64,000 nucleotides of DNA, from contig JBAWXN010000002.1 of assembly GCA_037144045.1 (NCBI GenBank), forward strand, positions 150,875 through 214,874. The letters run 5' to 3'. Below the pieces are notes generated by a model. That model was not told the DNA's origin, did not search any database, and saw nothing but the letters and a program-made list of their open reading frames with translations. The position numbers and the translations under genes are program-made. Shown here in pieces: positions 1 to 9,230 of the stretch. The stretch is from a bacterium (GTDB lineage Bacteria > Patescibacteriota > Minisyncoccia > Phycocordibacterales > UBA1006). Position 1 is the first letter of the stretch. Every line of letters starts with the position of its first letter.

Positions 1-620
1 CCTGAACCGAAAACAGTTTCCATGATTTTTGAAATTTGATGCGAGTCTTTTTCTTCGAAGATTTTTTTAAGTCGCGTTTCGACATCAATATCCTTGTGAA
101 CATTAGTTACGATTTCTTGAAGGTTTTCATCAGAAATATCAAGGAGTCCACCACGTCCTGCTTCTGACGCAGAAATATCGTTATAGCGCCCCCATGCTTT
201 TTTTAGACTCCGACTCGATGCCATGGACAAGTTAGTCTGGTATCCTAAGCCTTCAAGGCGATTCACTTCAGCAATAGTAATAGGGTTAGTAGGGGATTTT
301 ACGGCAATTTCCAATTTTTTACCTACCATGGCAAATGTTGCCATTTCACCCGATTCAAGCACTTTTTTATTAAGTGCCATTTGTTCATCAGATGATAATT
401 TATCAATGCCGATGAGTTTTTTGAGCTCATCAAGATTTTCCATCCCACAGGCAACCTTGATAGTAATGAGTTTTAAGGCATCTGTGTTGATCGTTTGACC
501 CGTAAGGTCGATATAAGGCACGCCAATATCGTCAGCAATATGCTGGGTGAGGGCTTCTTCTTCTTGGCTGCGAAGGTCCGAAATAAGCTTATTTTGCTCA
601 ACTTCTAGGTATTTAACCAT
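1..620 (-). CDS. GspE/PilB-family type IV pilus assembly ATPase, N-terminal (GspE_N/MshEN-like) part; partial, continues beyond the window start
   Basis: Minus-strand translation from ATG at 620 reads MVKYLEVEQNKLISDLRSQEEEALTQHIADDIGVPYIDLTGQTINTDALKLITIKV...ATFAMVGKKLEIAVKSPTNPITIAEV, which resembles the N-terminal domain of PilB/GspE ATPases. It stays open to position 1. Confidence 0.55.
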   Translation of the reverse strand, partial: MVKYLEVEQNKLISDLRSQEEEALTQHIADDIGVPYIDLTGQTINTDALKLITIKVACGMENLDELKKLIGIDKLSSDEQMALNKKVLESGEMATFAMVGKKLEIAVKSPTNPITIAEVNRLEGLGYQTNLSMASSRSLKKAWGRYNDISASEAGRGGLLDISDENLQEIVTNVHKDIDVETRLKKIFEEKDSHQISKIMETVFGS

Positions 621-732
621 AATTACCCGTAAGTATACCAGAAAAGTCAAAAAAACACCTAATAGAAAACCGGTAAAAAGCCTTATTTTCTAGGCTAAAA
701 GGAGGCCTTTTCGCACAGAAAAAGCAAGGCCT

Positions 733-767
733 TGACACTTGACAAATAATGCAGAGTATGCTAAGAT
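733..767 (+). promoter_or_regulatory. sigma70-like promoter: duplicated TTGACA -35 (733-744), 17-nt spacer, TGcTAAGAT extended -10 (762-767)
   Basis: cttgacacttgacaaataatgcagagtatgcTAAGATagt lies about 55 nt upstream of the CDS starting at 825. Confidence 0.5.
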
Positions 768-824
768 AGTAACAAGTAAAAAACTAGCTCAATTTTGGGC
801 GATAAAAGATAAAATCAATAGAAA

Positions 825-2252
825 ATGAAAAACATCTTAATGTTCTTTGTAATTTTTACAAGTTATTGGGCACAAGCCCAAACAGGTAAGCCTTCGGGAG
901 TATTCTCCCTCAACGGTCAGCAAACCGTTGGAAATGATGACATTTATTACGCAACAATAGAAGAATACCTTGCATTTTTATGCGATGGTGTTCTGCCAGG
1001 AGGTATTACCTCATGGAACGGTGCGGTAGTAGGCGGAGTGAAAGTTTCTCACGAGCGTGCGTTTTTCGAATCGCATGTCGCTGAGTTGCAACTAACTGCA
1101 GTGTCTCAGATCAGCGATCAGTTGATTGTCATAAATAATGACAACGCAGGAAAAATCTTTGGTGCAAATCCTACGGTTGCAAAATACCGCGGTTTCATCA
1201 AGAGCCACATGGAAATCATGGATCTACAATTCATCCTAACCGGTAGCGATACTGTGGTGTGGATGTTGGGAGAGTATGGTGACTTTACTAAAGGAAAATT
1301 CGTCAAGCATTTAAAAGCTGACGGGAAGTACTTTGTGATGAAGGTTAACAACAAATTGTATGTTATTGCTCGCGTATCATGCTTCAACAACGTTACTCTT
1401 AAGGAAACGTTATGGTTGCAAACCGGAGTTGCAAAACTGAGGAATCAGCCAAGTGACGAAGGTAATCGTGGCGAAGACTACAACGACCCTACCGATCCTA
1501 AAAAACCTAATCCATCGCCTAAACCTCGTAAGGTGACCGTGAATGGAGAAGAAGTTGCGGACGTAACATCAGCTGGAGGCGACATTAACATTACTCTTAA
1601 CGGAGGCAATGCTACTGCAACTATCGGTGACATTAATGTTAAAGGAGGAAGCTCTAATAATATTAATAATGTTACCGGTGGTGCTCAACGTACTGTAAAT
1701 GAGCCGATTCAAACCCCTTGGGGTCCGGCTACTACTTACCAACGTCAGTCACGCTACGATGTTGTTGACGGTGTTTACCACGATAGGTCAGCTGCCTACT
1801 TTGCCTCGTTACCGTCTTCAAACCCAAATTATGGTGTTGCAAACAACATTGCGAATTGGTTGTTTGGAAATGGCTGCAATGGCTACGGCTATTATAACCA
1901 GTGTGGTCAAACCTACTGTGTTGGTGGAAACTGGAATAACAACCAGTTCCAACCCAACTGGAACCAGTGCTATCAATATGGCAATGGCGGATGGGGTTTG
2001 AATATTGGGTTCAATTTTGGAACCGCACGGAACGCAACGTTCTGCGGTGGTTACAACGGTCCTACATGGGTAGCTCCAAGTCATCAGGGTTGGAATACTG
2101 CTCCACGTGGTGCAGTGAATAACTACTATACCAACCACACCATTCCTCCAGTTTCTGGTCCTCGTATGGGGCCTACGATTGGAGCGGGTAACAACACGGG
2201 TGGTGGTAATAACCCTGGTGGCGGTCCGCATATGGGATACACACACCGATAA
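825..2252 (+). CDS. secreted hypothetical protein with a signal peptide and an Asn/Gly/Tyr/Trp/Cys-rich C-terminal region
   Basis: 475-aa ORF. N-terminus MKNILMFFVIFTSYWAQAQ is signal-peptide-like. C-terminal low-complexity GNGCNGYGYYNQCGQTYC... No recognisable catalytic motif. Confidence 0.6.
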   Translation: MKNILMFFVIFTSYWAQAQTGKPSGVFSLNGQQTVGNDDIYYATIEEYLAFLCDGVLPGGITSWNGAVVGGVKVSHERAFFESHVAELQLTAVSQISDQLIVINNDNAGKIFGANPTVAKYRGFIKSHMEIMDLQFILTGSDTVVWMLGEYGDFTKGKFVKHLKADGKYFVMKVNNKLYVIARVSCFNNVTLKETLWLQTGVAKLRNQPSDEGNRGEDYNDPTDPKKPNPSPKPRKVTVNGEEVADVTSAGGDINITLNGGNATATIGDINVKGGSSNNINNVTGGAQRTVNEPIQTPWGPATTYQRQSRYDVVDGVYHDRSAAYFASLPSSNPNYGVANNIANWLFGNGCNGYGYYNQCGQTYCVGGNWNNNQFQPNWNQCYQYGNGGWGLNIGFNFGTARNATFCGGYNGPTWVAPSHQGWNTAPRGAVNNYYTNHTIPPVSGPRMGPTIGAGNNTGGGNNPGGGPHMGYTHR

Positions 2253-2293
2253 TAATAACTTGTAACTACACAGCTAGGGATATCCTAGCACCA

Positions 2294-2335
2294 GAAAGGT
2301 TCTTGTTCGCAAGAGTAAGAACCTTTCATTTATTG
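2294..2335 (+). terminator. rho-independent terminator
   Basis: gaaaggttcttgttcgcaagagtaagaacctttc hairpin followed by atttatt. Confidence 0.6.
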
Positions 2336-2398
2336 AGCTTTTAAGGACTCCTTGAAGGTTCATAGATGTCGGTTTTATTAAAAAGATACAAATTTATT

Positions 2399-4543
2399 AT
2401 GATGAAAAATATTATTAAAAAAATTACATCGTTTGGTATTTTGATCGCAGTAGTTGCTGTTGCGCCTTTAGCGTCTGCAAACTATTCAATCAACTCATTA
2501 TCAAATGACTGTAAAACAGTGACGATTGCTAACCACACCACAGGTGTAGGTGCCGTTGATCCTTGTTGGCCAAATACTTCAGTTAATGCAGCCATTGGCG
2601 AAGTAATTAACGTTGCTATTTATTATAACAACAGTGGAACAACAAATGCAGACAATGTCTCATTCAAGTTGTCAGATCCACAAAATCAAACTATTACTAA
2701 TAATGGATCGCTTTCTATGACAGGGTCAATCCTTGTTAATGGACAAGTTGTGAAGTCAGGAGTAGTTACGGTTAATGTTTCAGGAGGTCCTTCAGCACTT
2801 ACGCTTGGGAACGTAATGCGATATGACCAGGCTGCAAATGCAAACCTTCCTGTTTCAGGAGGAAATGCAATCTTGAGTTCTGGATTCAACTATGGAACGC
2901 TTGCTCCAGGGTGGTCAAACCAAGGAGTAATAAAAGTAAGCTTCACGGTTGTTTCAGCTACTAACGGAGGAGGTGGAACCAATGGTATCGCTCCTAACGT
3001 TTCAACAAGTCAATATTCAAACTTCAATGCAAACTACGGAAACGTAACATTGAACGGAAACTTTGATTCAAACGGATACACAACAACTACTTCATTCAAA
3101 TACCGTGTAAACGGTGGTGCGTGGATAGATGCTTGTGTTACTAACCGAGGAACAGGTTCAGGATCATATAACTGTGATCTTACCAACTTGTCTGCAGGTA
3201 CGTATGAATATAAGGCCTATGCAACTAATGCATACGGAAATGATGAAGGAAGTATCTTTACCTTTGTTATTTCTGGAAACAATACCACATCATGTCCTTC
3301 AGGATATACATGGAACGGAAACTACTGTGTAGTAAACACCACTTCATGTCCATCAGGTTACTACCTTTCTGGTAATACCTGTATTCAAAATCCTGTGTCA
3401 TGTCCAAGTGGATACTATGTTTCTGGAAATACCTGTGTACAGAACCCAGTATCATGTCCATCAGGTTACTACCTTTCTGGTAATACCTGTATTCAAAATC
3501 CTGTAGTTCAAAACTGTGGTTACAACCAATACTGGAACGGTTCATACTGTGTGAACAATCAACCAACTACAAGTCTTCCGACAGTTTCAACTCTTGGAAC
3601 GATTTCTGTAGGAGCAACAGCGGTTGCGGTTGATGGATACTACACTGCAAATGGATGTGATGTATATACTTTATTCAAATATGGTATGACTCAATCATTG
3701 GGTAATACTACTAGTGAAGTAAATCGATCAAATGGTTCAGGTTCAATGGCACAATCCCTTTCAGGATTGTCAGCGAACACTACATATTACTACCAAGCAC
3801 AAGCACGAAACTGTGTAGGTACTACTACAGGATCAATTCGATCATTCACAACATCAAACGATACTACTCGAGACACAGTAATCATTCGAACAATTACCAA
3901 CAACACTACAACTAATGGTGGAGGAGGAAACGCGTTCATTAAATTAATGATTACTAATAACCGAGAAATCGTTCGAGGTGACAAGGAAATGACGTACGAA
4001 GTTTCATGGGAAAACGTTTCAGGACGTGACCTTCAAAACTTGGTATTGGAAACAAATTTCCCTGACCAATTAGACGTTCTTGATACTGATCATGGATCAA
4101 TCAAGCGAGAAGCGCATTCAGTAATCTATAAGATCGGTGATCTTAAGAAAAATGAATCAGGTTCAATGGATATTACCGCGCAAGTAACTTCAGGACTTCG
4201 AAACGGAGACCCAGTAGTTGCCCAAGCAATTATGGCCTTTGAAAACCCTAAAACTCGAGCTGCTGAAAACGCAATTGCGTATGACGCAGACGAATTTGCA
4301 ACCGTAGATGGAAACAGTGTTTTTGGAGCTTCGCTCTTTGGACTTGATTTCCTTCCTACGTCACTTGCTGGATGGTTGTTAATCTTCTTAATCTTACTTA
4401 TCATTATTATTCTTGCTCATTCGTATTTCTCTCGAAATCGAGGAGCACAGGTAATGATTAACAGTGGAAATGTTCCAAATAACATTCCTGTAGATCAAGC
4501 TGGAAATGACTATGTCGTTTACCGACCAACGCCTAAGCAATAA
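2399..4543 (+). CDS. large cell-surface protein: signal peptide, tandem Cys-rich repeats (SCPSGYY[LV]SGNTC[IV]QNPV), DUF11/CARDB-like segment, C-terminal transmembrane anchor
   Basis: ORF 2366-4543; the likely start is MMKNIIKKITSFGILIAVVAVAPLASA at 2399. Three or four 20-aa repeats are encoded by near-identical 60-nt DNA repeats at 3290-3530. The C-terminal hydrophobic stretch LAGWLLIFLILLIIIILAH is followed by basic residues. Confidence 0.65.
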   Translation: MMKNIIKKITSFGILIAVVAVAPLASANYSINSLSNDCKTVTIANHTTGVGAVDPCWPNTSVNAAIGEVINVAIYYNNSGTTNADNVSFKLSDPQNQTITNNGSLSMTGSILVNGQVVKSGVVTVNVSGGPSALTLGNVMRYDQAANANLPVSGGNAILSSGFNYGTLAPGWSNQGVIKVSFTVVSATNGGGGTNGIAPNVSTSQYSNFNANYGNVTLNGNFDSNGYTTTTSFKYRVNGGAWIDACVTNRGTGSGSYNCDLTNLSAGTYEYKAYATNAYGNDEGSIFTFVISGNNTTSCPSGYTWNGNYCVVNTTSCPSGYYLSGNTCIQNPVSCPSGYYVSGNTCVQNPVSCPSGYYLSGNTCIQNPVVQNCGYNQYWNGSYCVNNQPTTSLPTVSTLGTISVGATAVAVDGYYTANGCDVYTLFKYGMTQSLGNTTSEVNRSNGSGSMAQSLSGLSANTTYYYQAQARNCVGTTTGSIRSFTTSNDTTRDTVIIRTITNNTTTNGGGGNAFIKLMITNNREIVRGDKEMTYEVSWENVSGRDLQNLVLETNFPDQLDVLDTDHGSIKREAHSVIYKIGDLKKNESGSMDITAQVTSGLRNGDPVVAQAIMAFENPKTRAAENAIAYDADEFATVDGNSVFGASLFGLDFLPTSLAGWLLIFLILLIIIILAHSYFSRNRGAQVMINSGNVPNNIPVDQAGNDYVVYRPTPKQ

Positions 4544-4588
4544 CACAACGCTCACGAATTAAACGTTCTATGTGAGTGCTGTCCCTTA

Positions 4589-4618
4589 ACAAAAACCCTC
4601 TCGCGAGGGTTTTTGTAT
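4589..4618 (+). terminator. rho-independent terminator
   Basis: aaaaccctctcgcgagggtttttg. Confidence 0.65.
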
Positions 4619-4652
4619 TGCCTGAAATAAGTTCTTATAGTATAAGAACGCT

Positions 4653-5081
4653 ATGGAATACACCCTTGAACACGTTCCGCAGATTGCTGAACACATTTTA
4701 ACAACAGCACTTAAAAGTAAATCGCCAGAACACGCAACGATGATTACTTTTTCGGGTGATTTGGGTGCGGGTAAAACAACACTTATTCAAGAAATCGCAA
4801 AACACCTAGGGGTAGTAGACAGTCTTCAAAGTCCTACATTTGTTATTTATAAACACTATACAATCCCAGAAGGGCAATTCAAGGCACTTATCCATGGTGA
4901 TATGTATCGCCTCGAATCTGCAGAAGAAATAGAAAAACTAGGCTGGAATGAACTGATTACTGATCCAAATACTATTATATGTATCGAATGGCCAGAAAAA
5001 ATAACCGGAGCTATTCCGGAATGGGCAACGTGTGTTGTGATACATTACCTAGGTGGTGAGAAACGGTCTCTTGAAATATAA
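4653..5081 (+). CDS. tsaE: tRNA threonylcarbamoyladenosine biosynthesis ATPase TsaE (YjeE)
   Basis: 142 aa with P-loop FSGDLGAGKTTLIQEIAKHLG and downstream SPTF motif, typical of TsaE. Confidence 0.75.
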   Translation: MEYTLEHVPQIAEHILTTALKSKSPEHATMITFSGDLGAGKTTLIQEIAKHLGVVDSLQSPTFVIYKHYTIPEGQFKALIHGDMYRLESAEEIEKLGWNELITDPNTIICIEWPEKITGAIPEWATCVVIHYLGGEKRSLEI

Positions 5082-5088
5082 TAAGGGT

Positions 5089-7473
5089 ATGAAAAAACTC
5101 GTACTCCTCGACGCGCACGCATTGCTGCATCGTGCTTATCATGCACTACCAGAATTCACTAATTCCCAAGGGGTGCCAACAGGGGGTCTTTATGGGTATA
5201 CGTCGATGATATTTAGAATTGCTACCGACTTAAAACCGGACTATATTGTTGCGTGTTATGACCTGCCACAGAAAACATTTCGTCATGAGGCTTATGATGC
5301 CTATAAAGGACACCGAGCAAAAACAGATACGGCGCTTGTAGATCAAATAACGTCTTCGCGAGTCTTGTGTGAAAAATTAAATATTCCTATTTATGATTTA
5401 GCAGGGTTTGAAGCCGACGACATGCTGGGAACCATTGTTGAGCAAATGAAGCAAGAAAAAAACCTCGAAATTATTATTGCAACAGGCGACATGGATTCAC
5501 TGCAATTAGTTACCGGAAAAAAGGTTCGGGTGTTCACGTTGAAGAAAGGAATGAATGACACGGTAATTTACGACGAAGATGCTGTAAATGAACGCTACGG
5601 ATTTGGTCCAGAATTCCTTACGGACTATAAAGGACTTCGAGGTGATCCTTCAGATAATATTATTGGGGTTCCAGGTATTGGTGAAAAAACAGCTACTGAA
5701 ATTATTTTAAAATTTGGAAGCATTGAAAACGTATATAGTATTCTTCATAGCGATCGAAATACATTAATCAAAGAAGGTATTAAGGAGCGTATTGTAGGGT
5801 TACTCGAAGAACACGAAGAGTCAGCGTTATTTTCAAAAACACTGGCTACGATTCGTCGCGATGCGCCTATTCATTTCGCGCTGCCAGAAAAAACATGGAA
5901 AGATGGTTTCGAAGTTGAGGCCGCTGAGGTATTCCTTCGAGACTATGAATTTAAATCTTTAATAACGCGATTAAAGAATATTGTTGGTGTTACTCCTCAG
6001 TCCTCACAGGGCCTCGGACAGCTCCCCTTATCAGAGGAGCAAGACTCACCTCTTCTTGAAGTTTCACAAGAAATGAAAATTGCGATGTGGTTGCTGAATT
6101 CAGAAAATGCAAACGCAACAACAGAAGACGTTCTTCACTATACTCGAACAAAAAACCTTATTGGTGCGCAACAAAAACTCGAAGAGGAGATTAAAGAAAG
6201 TAGTCTTGGTTTTGTGTATGAATCGATTGAGCTACCACTTATTCCAATTCTTAAAAAGATGCAGCAGCATGGAGTACTTGTTGATAAAAAATATTTACTC
6301 GACTTATCACAAGAATTTCATGAGCAGCTCAAGAAGTACGAAGCAAAGATCTACACACACGTAGGACATGAATTTAACATTAATTCCCCTAAGCAATTGG
6401 GTGAGATACTGTTTGGAGAAATGAATATTCAAGCGAATATTAAAGGCTTCAAGGTTAAAAAGACAGCAAGTGGTACGTATTCAACTCGTGAATCTGATCT
6501 AGAAAAGCTGGTAGATGTACACCCTATTATTGCTGACATATTTGAATATCGTGAACTTCAAAAACTCCTTTCAACATACGTAGATAATATTCCGGAAATG
6601 CTCGATGACCAGTCACGCCTCCATCCAGAATTATTACAAATGGGTGCAGCTACAGGACGGTTCTCGTGTCAAAACCCAAACATTCAAAATATTCCTATTC
6701 GCGGTGAACAGGGAAAACGATTGCGTAACGCATTTATTGCACCGAGTGATTCAGTATTGATAGCAGCAGATTATTCACAAATTGAATTACGCAGTGCTGC
6801 TATTTTATCAGGAGACCCCATCTTGATTGAAACCTTTAAACAAAATAAAGATATTCACACATCGGTTGCGTCTCGGGTATTCCATGTAGACGAAGCTGAG
6901 GTTACTGGTGATATGCGTCGTAAGGCGAAGGTGATCAACTTCGGAATTTTGTATGGTATGGGAGTTACTGCACTTCAGAAAAACCTTGGTACTGACCGGA
7001 AAGAAGCCCAAGCGTTTTACGATGAATATTTCAAGCAAATGACGGGATTGTCGCAATATATAGACTATACCATTATGACCGCCAAGAAAAAGGGGTACAC
7101 CGAAACCTTGTTCGGAAGACGTCGATCGTTTCCTGGGCTCCAATCAAAAATTCCCTTTGTAAAAGCAATGGCAGAACGTGCTGCAAGTAATGCCCCTATT
7201 CAGGGTACGACGGCGGATATTATCAAGCTTGCTATGATTGAGCTCGATAAAGCAATCACTCATCAAGGAGTATCTGATAAGATTGCCATGACGATGCAAA
7301 TTCACGATGAATTAGTATTCGAAGTAAAAAAAGACTTTATTGATCAAGCTGAGAAACTTATCACAGAAACCATGGAAGGAGTCCTGGAGTTATCACCTCG
7401 ACCCATTGAAAATAAGGTGCCCATTACGATATCAGTAGCTCACGGATCAAACTGGGGAGCTGCAAAAGATTAA
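5089..7473 (+). CDS. polA: DNA polymerase I (5'-3' exonuclease plus polymerase domains; short, probably reduced 3'-5' exonuclease region)
   Basis: The N-terminus KLVLLDAHALLHRAYHALP is a 5'-nuclease/FEN-like domain. Polymerase motifs RRKAKVINFGILYGMG (motif B) and HDELVFE (motif C) are present. The longest ORF starts at 5053 overlapping tsaE; MKKLVLL at 5089 is the more likely start. Confidence 0.85.
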   Translation: MKKLVLLDAHALLHRAYHALPEFTNSQGVPTGGLYGYTSMIFRIATDLKPDYIVACYDLPQKTFRHEAYDAYKGHRAKTDTALVDQITSSRVLCEKLNIPIYDLAGFEADDMLGTIVEQMKQEKNLEIIIATGDMDSLQLVTGKKVRVFTLKKGMNDTVIYDEDAVNERYGFGPEFLTDYKGLRGDPSDNIIGVPGIGEKTATEIILKFGSIENVYSILHSDRNTLIKEGIKERIVGLLEEHEESALFSKTLATIRRDAPIHFALPEKTWKDGFEVEAAEVFLRDYEFKSLITRLKNIVGVTPQSSQGLGQLPLSEEQDSPLLEVSQEMKIAMWLLNSENANATTEDVLHYTRTKNLIGAQQKLEEEIKESSLGFVYESIELPLIPILKKMQQHGVLVDKKYLLDLSQEFHEQLKKYEAKIYTHVGHEFNINSPKQLGEILFGEMNIQANIKGFKVKKTASGTYSTRESDLEKLVDVHPIIADIFEYRELQKLLSTYVDNIPEMLDDQSRLHPELLQMGAATGRFSCQNPNIQNIPIRGEQGKRLRNAFIAPSDSVLIAADYSQIELRSAAILSGDPILIETFKQNKDIHTSVASRVFHVDEAEVTGDMRRKAKVINFGILYGMGVTALQKNLGTDRKEAQAFYDEYFKQMTGLSQYIDYTIMTAKKKGYTETLFGRRRSFPGLQSKIPFVKAMAERAASNAPIQGTTADIIKLAMIELDKAITHQGVSDKIAMTMQIHDELVFEVKKDFIDQAEKLITETMEGVLELSPRPIENKVPITISVAHGSNWGAAKD

Positions 7474-7509
7474 GCTTGCGTAAAAAATAATCCGTTATAC
7501 ACTACAACT

Positions 7510-7986
7510 ATGAACAAAGGAATTAAAGCATTTTTCGGAATTGTTTCCGCATCACCAATATTATTTTTAATCGGACTTACGCTGTCATTTATACTATTCC
7601 AAGCGTTTCCGATTCCATTAGTTACTAATATTGCATTTGCTAATGCGCTAACCGCACTGGGAGCTATCCTTATTTTAGGCGGGACCAGTCTTGCTTTTGC
7701 AGCACAGCGAATAAGTCGTGTGGTGACCAGTCCAAAATACAAAGCTACATGTCCTGATTTGATGCAAGGGCCCTATTCTGTAAGTCGTCACCCAGGATCA
7801 CTATCGCTCATGGTTATGTATGTTGGATTTTCACTGGTAGTAAATTCGTTAGTAATGATTGGGTTGGCTGCAATACTCATCTTACTATTAACCCTCGTAT
7901 TCGTACCTGTGCAAGAAAAAGTAATTTCAGAACTTTGTCCTGAAGCTTACGCAGAATACAAAACTAAGGTGCGTATGTGGATTTAG
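7510..7986 (+). CDS. isoprenylcysteine carboxyl methyltransferase (ICMT)/phospholipid methyltransferase-family membrane protein
   Basis: Multi-TM 158-aa protein with SRHPGS and C-terminal EKVISELCPEAYAEYKTKVRMWI, resembling the ICMT-family EExxLxxxFGxxYxxY motif. Confidence 0.5.
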   Translation: MNKGIKAFFGIVSASPILFLIGLTLSFILFQAFPIPLVTNIAFANALTALGAILILGGTSLAFAAQRISRVVTSPKYKATCPDLMQGPYSVSRHPGSLSLMVMYVGFSLVVNSLVMIGLAAILILLLTLVFVPVQEKVISELCPEAYAEYKTKVRMWI

Positions 7987-8064
7987 AAAAATCCGCTCGC
8001 GCAGGAAAACTTTCTTTTCTGAAGTTTACGAAGAAAAAAAGTTGTTCCGCAGCGAAAAGGATTT

Positions 8065-8679
8065 TTGAATACTATGATTAATTTTTACATCGGAAAACCC
8101 AATAATCCAATAAATGCCGAATCACTCGATGCGGCATTTATTGGATTACCTATTATTTTTGAAATGATTCAGTCACCTGATTTGTTTGGCGAGAAAAAAA
8201 CATATCGCATCGTCGGCGTTGAAAGTGATGATGTGTTGCGCCAAGAGTTTTTTAAAACATTTCCTGAAGTAGATCGTGTTGTTCACGATGTGATCGTAGT
8301 GTTTGATAAAATTCTTGCCCCAGAAAAAAAGAAGCTCGATCCGCGTATTACTATTACTGAAACAAAACCGGTTAAGGCACCTACAGAAGCATTCAATCCG
8401 TTTTCATTAGGAAATGCGTTTGCGTCAGGAGACAAGAAAAAAGCATGGATGGTATTTCAAGAACTTATTGCGCATGATGATGAAATGGAAAAAACGCATG
8501 GACTCGTATGGTGGAAACTTAAAGATATGATACAGAAAGGGAGTGGTTTCTCTAAATTACAATTAGAAGTGATGGCAAGAAATTTGGTTGCCACGTATCA
8601 TGAATCGCGACTAGGAGGGCTCGGCATGAAAGAACGCCTCGAATTATTCTTTCTAACATTACCTGAAATAAAAAAATAA
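8065..8679 (+). CDS. hypothetical protein (weak resemblance to a DNA polymerase III delta-like clamp-loader subunit; not secure)
   Basis: 204-aa ORF following polA. No diagnostic motif. Mixed charged composition consistent with real coding sequence. Confidence 0.45.
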   Translation: MNTMINFYIGKPNNPINAESLDAAFIGLPIIFEMIQSPDLFGEKKTYRIVGVESDDVLRQEFFKTFPEVDRVVHDVIVVFDKILAPEKKKLDPRITITETKPVKAPTEAFNPFSLGNAFASGDKKKAWMVFQELIAHDDEMEKTHGLVWWKLKDMIQKGSGFSKLQLEVMARNLVATYHESRLGGLGMKERLELFFLTLPEIKK

Positions 8680-8684
8680 AAACA

Positions 8685-8787
8685 AAAAAACATATTCGCT
8701 GCGTGACTACTTTTTTTATCGCTTGCTCCGGATGCCGGAATTGCAAGCTGCGAAAAGAAAGTGTCACTGTGCGAATATGTTTTTTTA
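8685..8787. other. about 100-nt extended stem-loop: 14-bp outer inverted repeat (aaaaacatattcgc/gcgaatatgttttt) enclosing nested hairpins (gcttgc...gcaagc, ccggatgccgg), flanked by an A-run and a T-run
   Basis: Read directly from 8685-8787. It could be a long bidirectional terminator or a structured small RNA. Confidence 0.45.
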
Positions 8788-9102
8788 CAAATAAATAAAC
8801 CCATTCTTTTGGAATGAGTGTATAGATCGTTAAATATTTTTATTATTCAGTTTTTATATAAGAGTAGAGACAGTTTGTTGTTTTGTTTTTTATTTGAAAG
8901 AACTTACAAAAGAACTGTCGCCTTATCAAAACCTCGTTTTTATTTAATCCCGTAAGCCGGGTGAACGTGTGAGGTTGATAAGAACTTTAATCTGAATATA
9001 GTATACCGACAAAAAATAAATCATGCAAAGAGTTTAGAGAAGATAACTGGGGATAACTTTTCATGCATAAGAAAATCCCCGAGGTGGGGATTTTCTTAAT
9101 AG

Positions 9103-9175
9103 TGCGTCCGGTAGGAATCGAACCTACGACCCTCTGCTTAAAAGGCAGGTGCTCTACCGACTGAGCTACGGACGC
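9103..9175 (-). tRNA. tRNA-Lys (anticodon TTT)
   Basis: The reverse complement folds as a cloverleaf: acceptor gcgtccg/cggacgc, D-stem gctc/gagc, anticodon loop cttttaa, T-arm gtagg-ttcgatt-cctac. No encoded CCA. A terminator hairpin lies at 9070-9098 on the minus strand. Confidence 0.8.
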
Positions 9176-9230
9176 GTGTAGTGTGCCTTGCTACTTGCTT
9201 TATGCGAGACGAACAGTACTATATCTAAAT

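Noticed and set aside
223-498. 91-aa plus-strand ORF
   Set aside because: It lies antisense within the minus-strand PilB/GspE-like N-terminal coding region (1-620). The minus-strand frame gives a recognisable domain, while this frame gives low-complexity sequence.
1118-2246. Antisense and alternate-frame ORFs (1118-1390 -, 1699-2001 +, 1818-2246 -) inside the 825-2252 gene
   Set aside because: They are embedded in a longer ORF with signal peptide and coherent composition. Their translations are arbitrary-looking (Thr/Val/Arg-rich).
3290-3530. Possible CRISPR-like repeat array
   Set aside because: The repeats are 60-nt in-frame coding units with no unique spacers. They translate to the Cys-rich protein repeats.
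3267-3566. 99-aa minus-strand ORF with internal repeats
   Set aside because: It is the reverse-frame reading of the coding tandem repeats of the 2366-4543 surface protein, not an independent gene and not a CRISPR array.
6107-7143. ORFs 6107-6364 (+) and 6808-7143 (-) inside polA
   Set aside because: They are embedded in or antisense to the well-supported DNA polymerase I frame.
8800-9060. Possible small ORFs or rRNA fragment in the AT-rich gap
   Set aside because: There is no ORF over 40 codons with a start context and no recognisable rRNA or RNase P or tmRNA sequence by eye. It is kept only as a candidate non-coding region in the findings.
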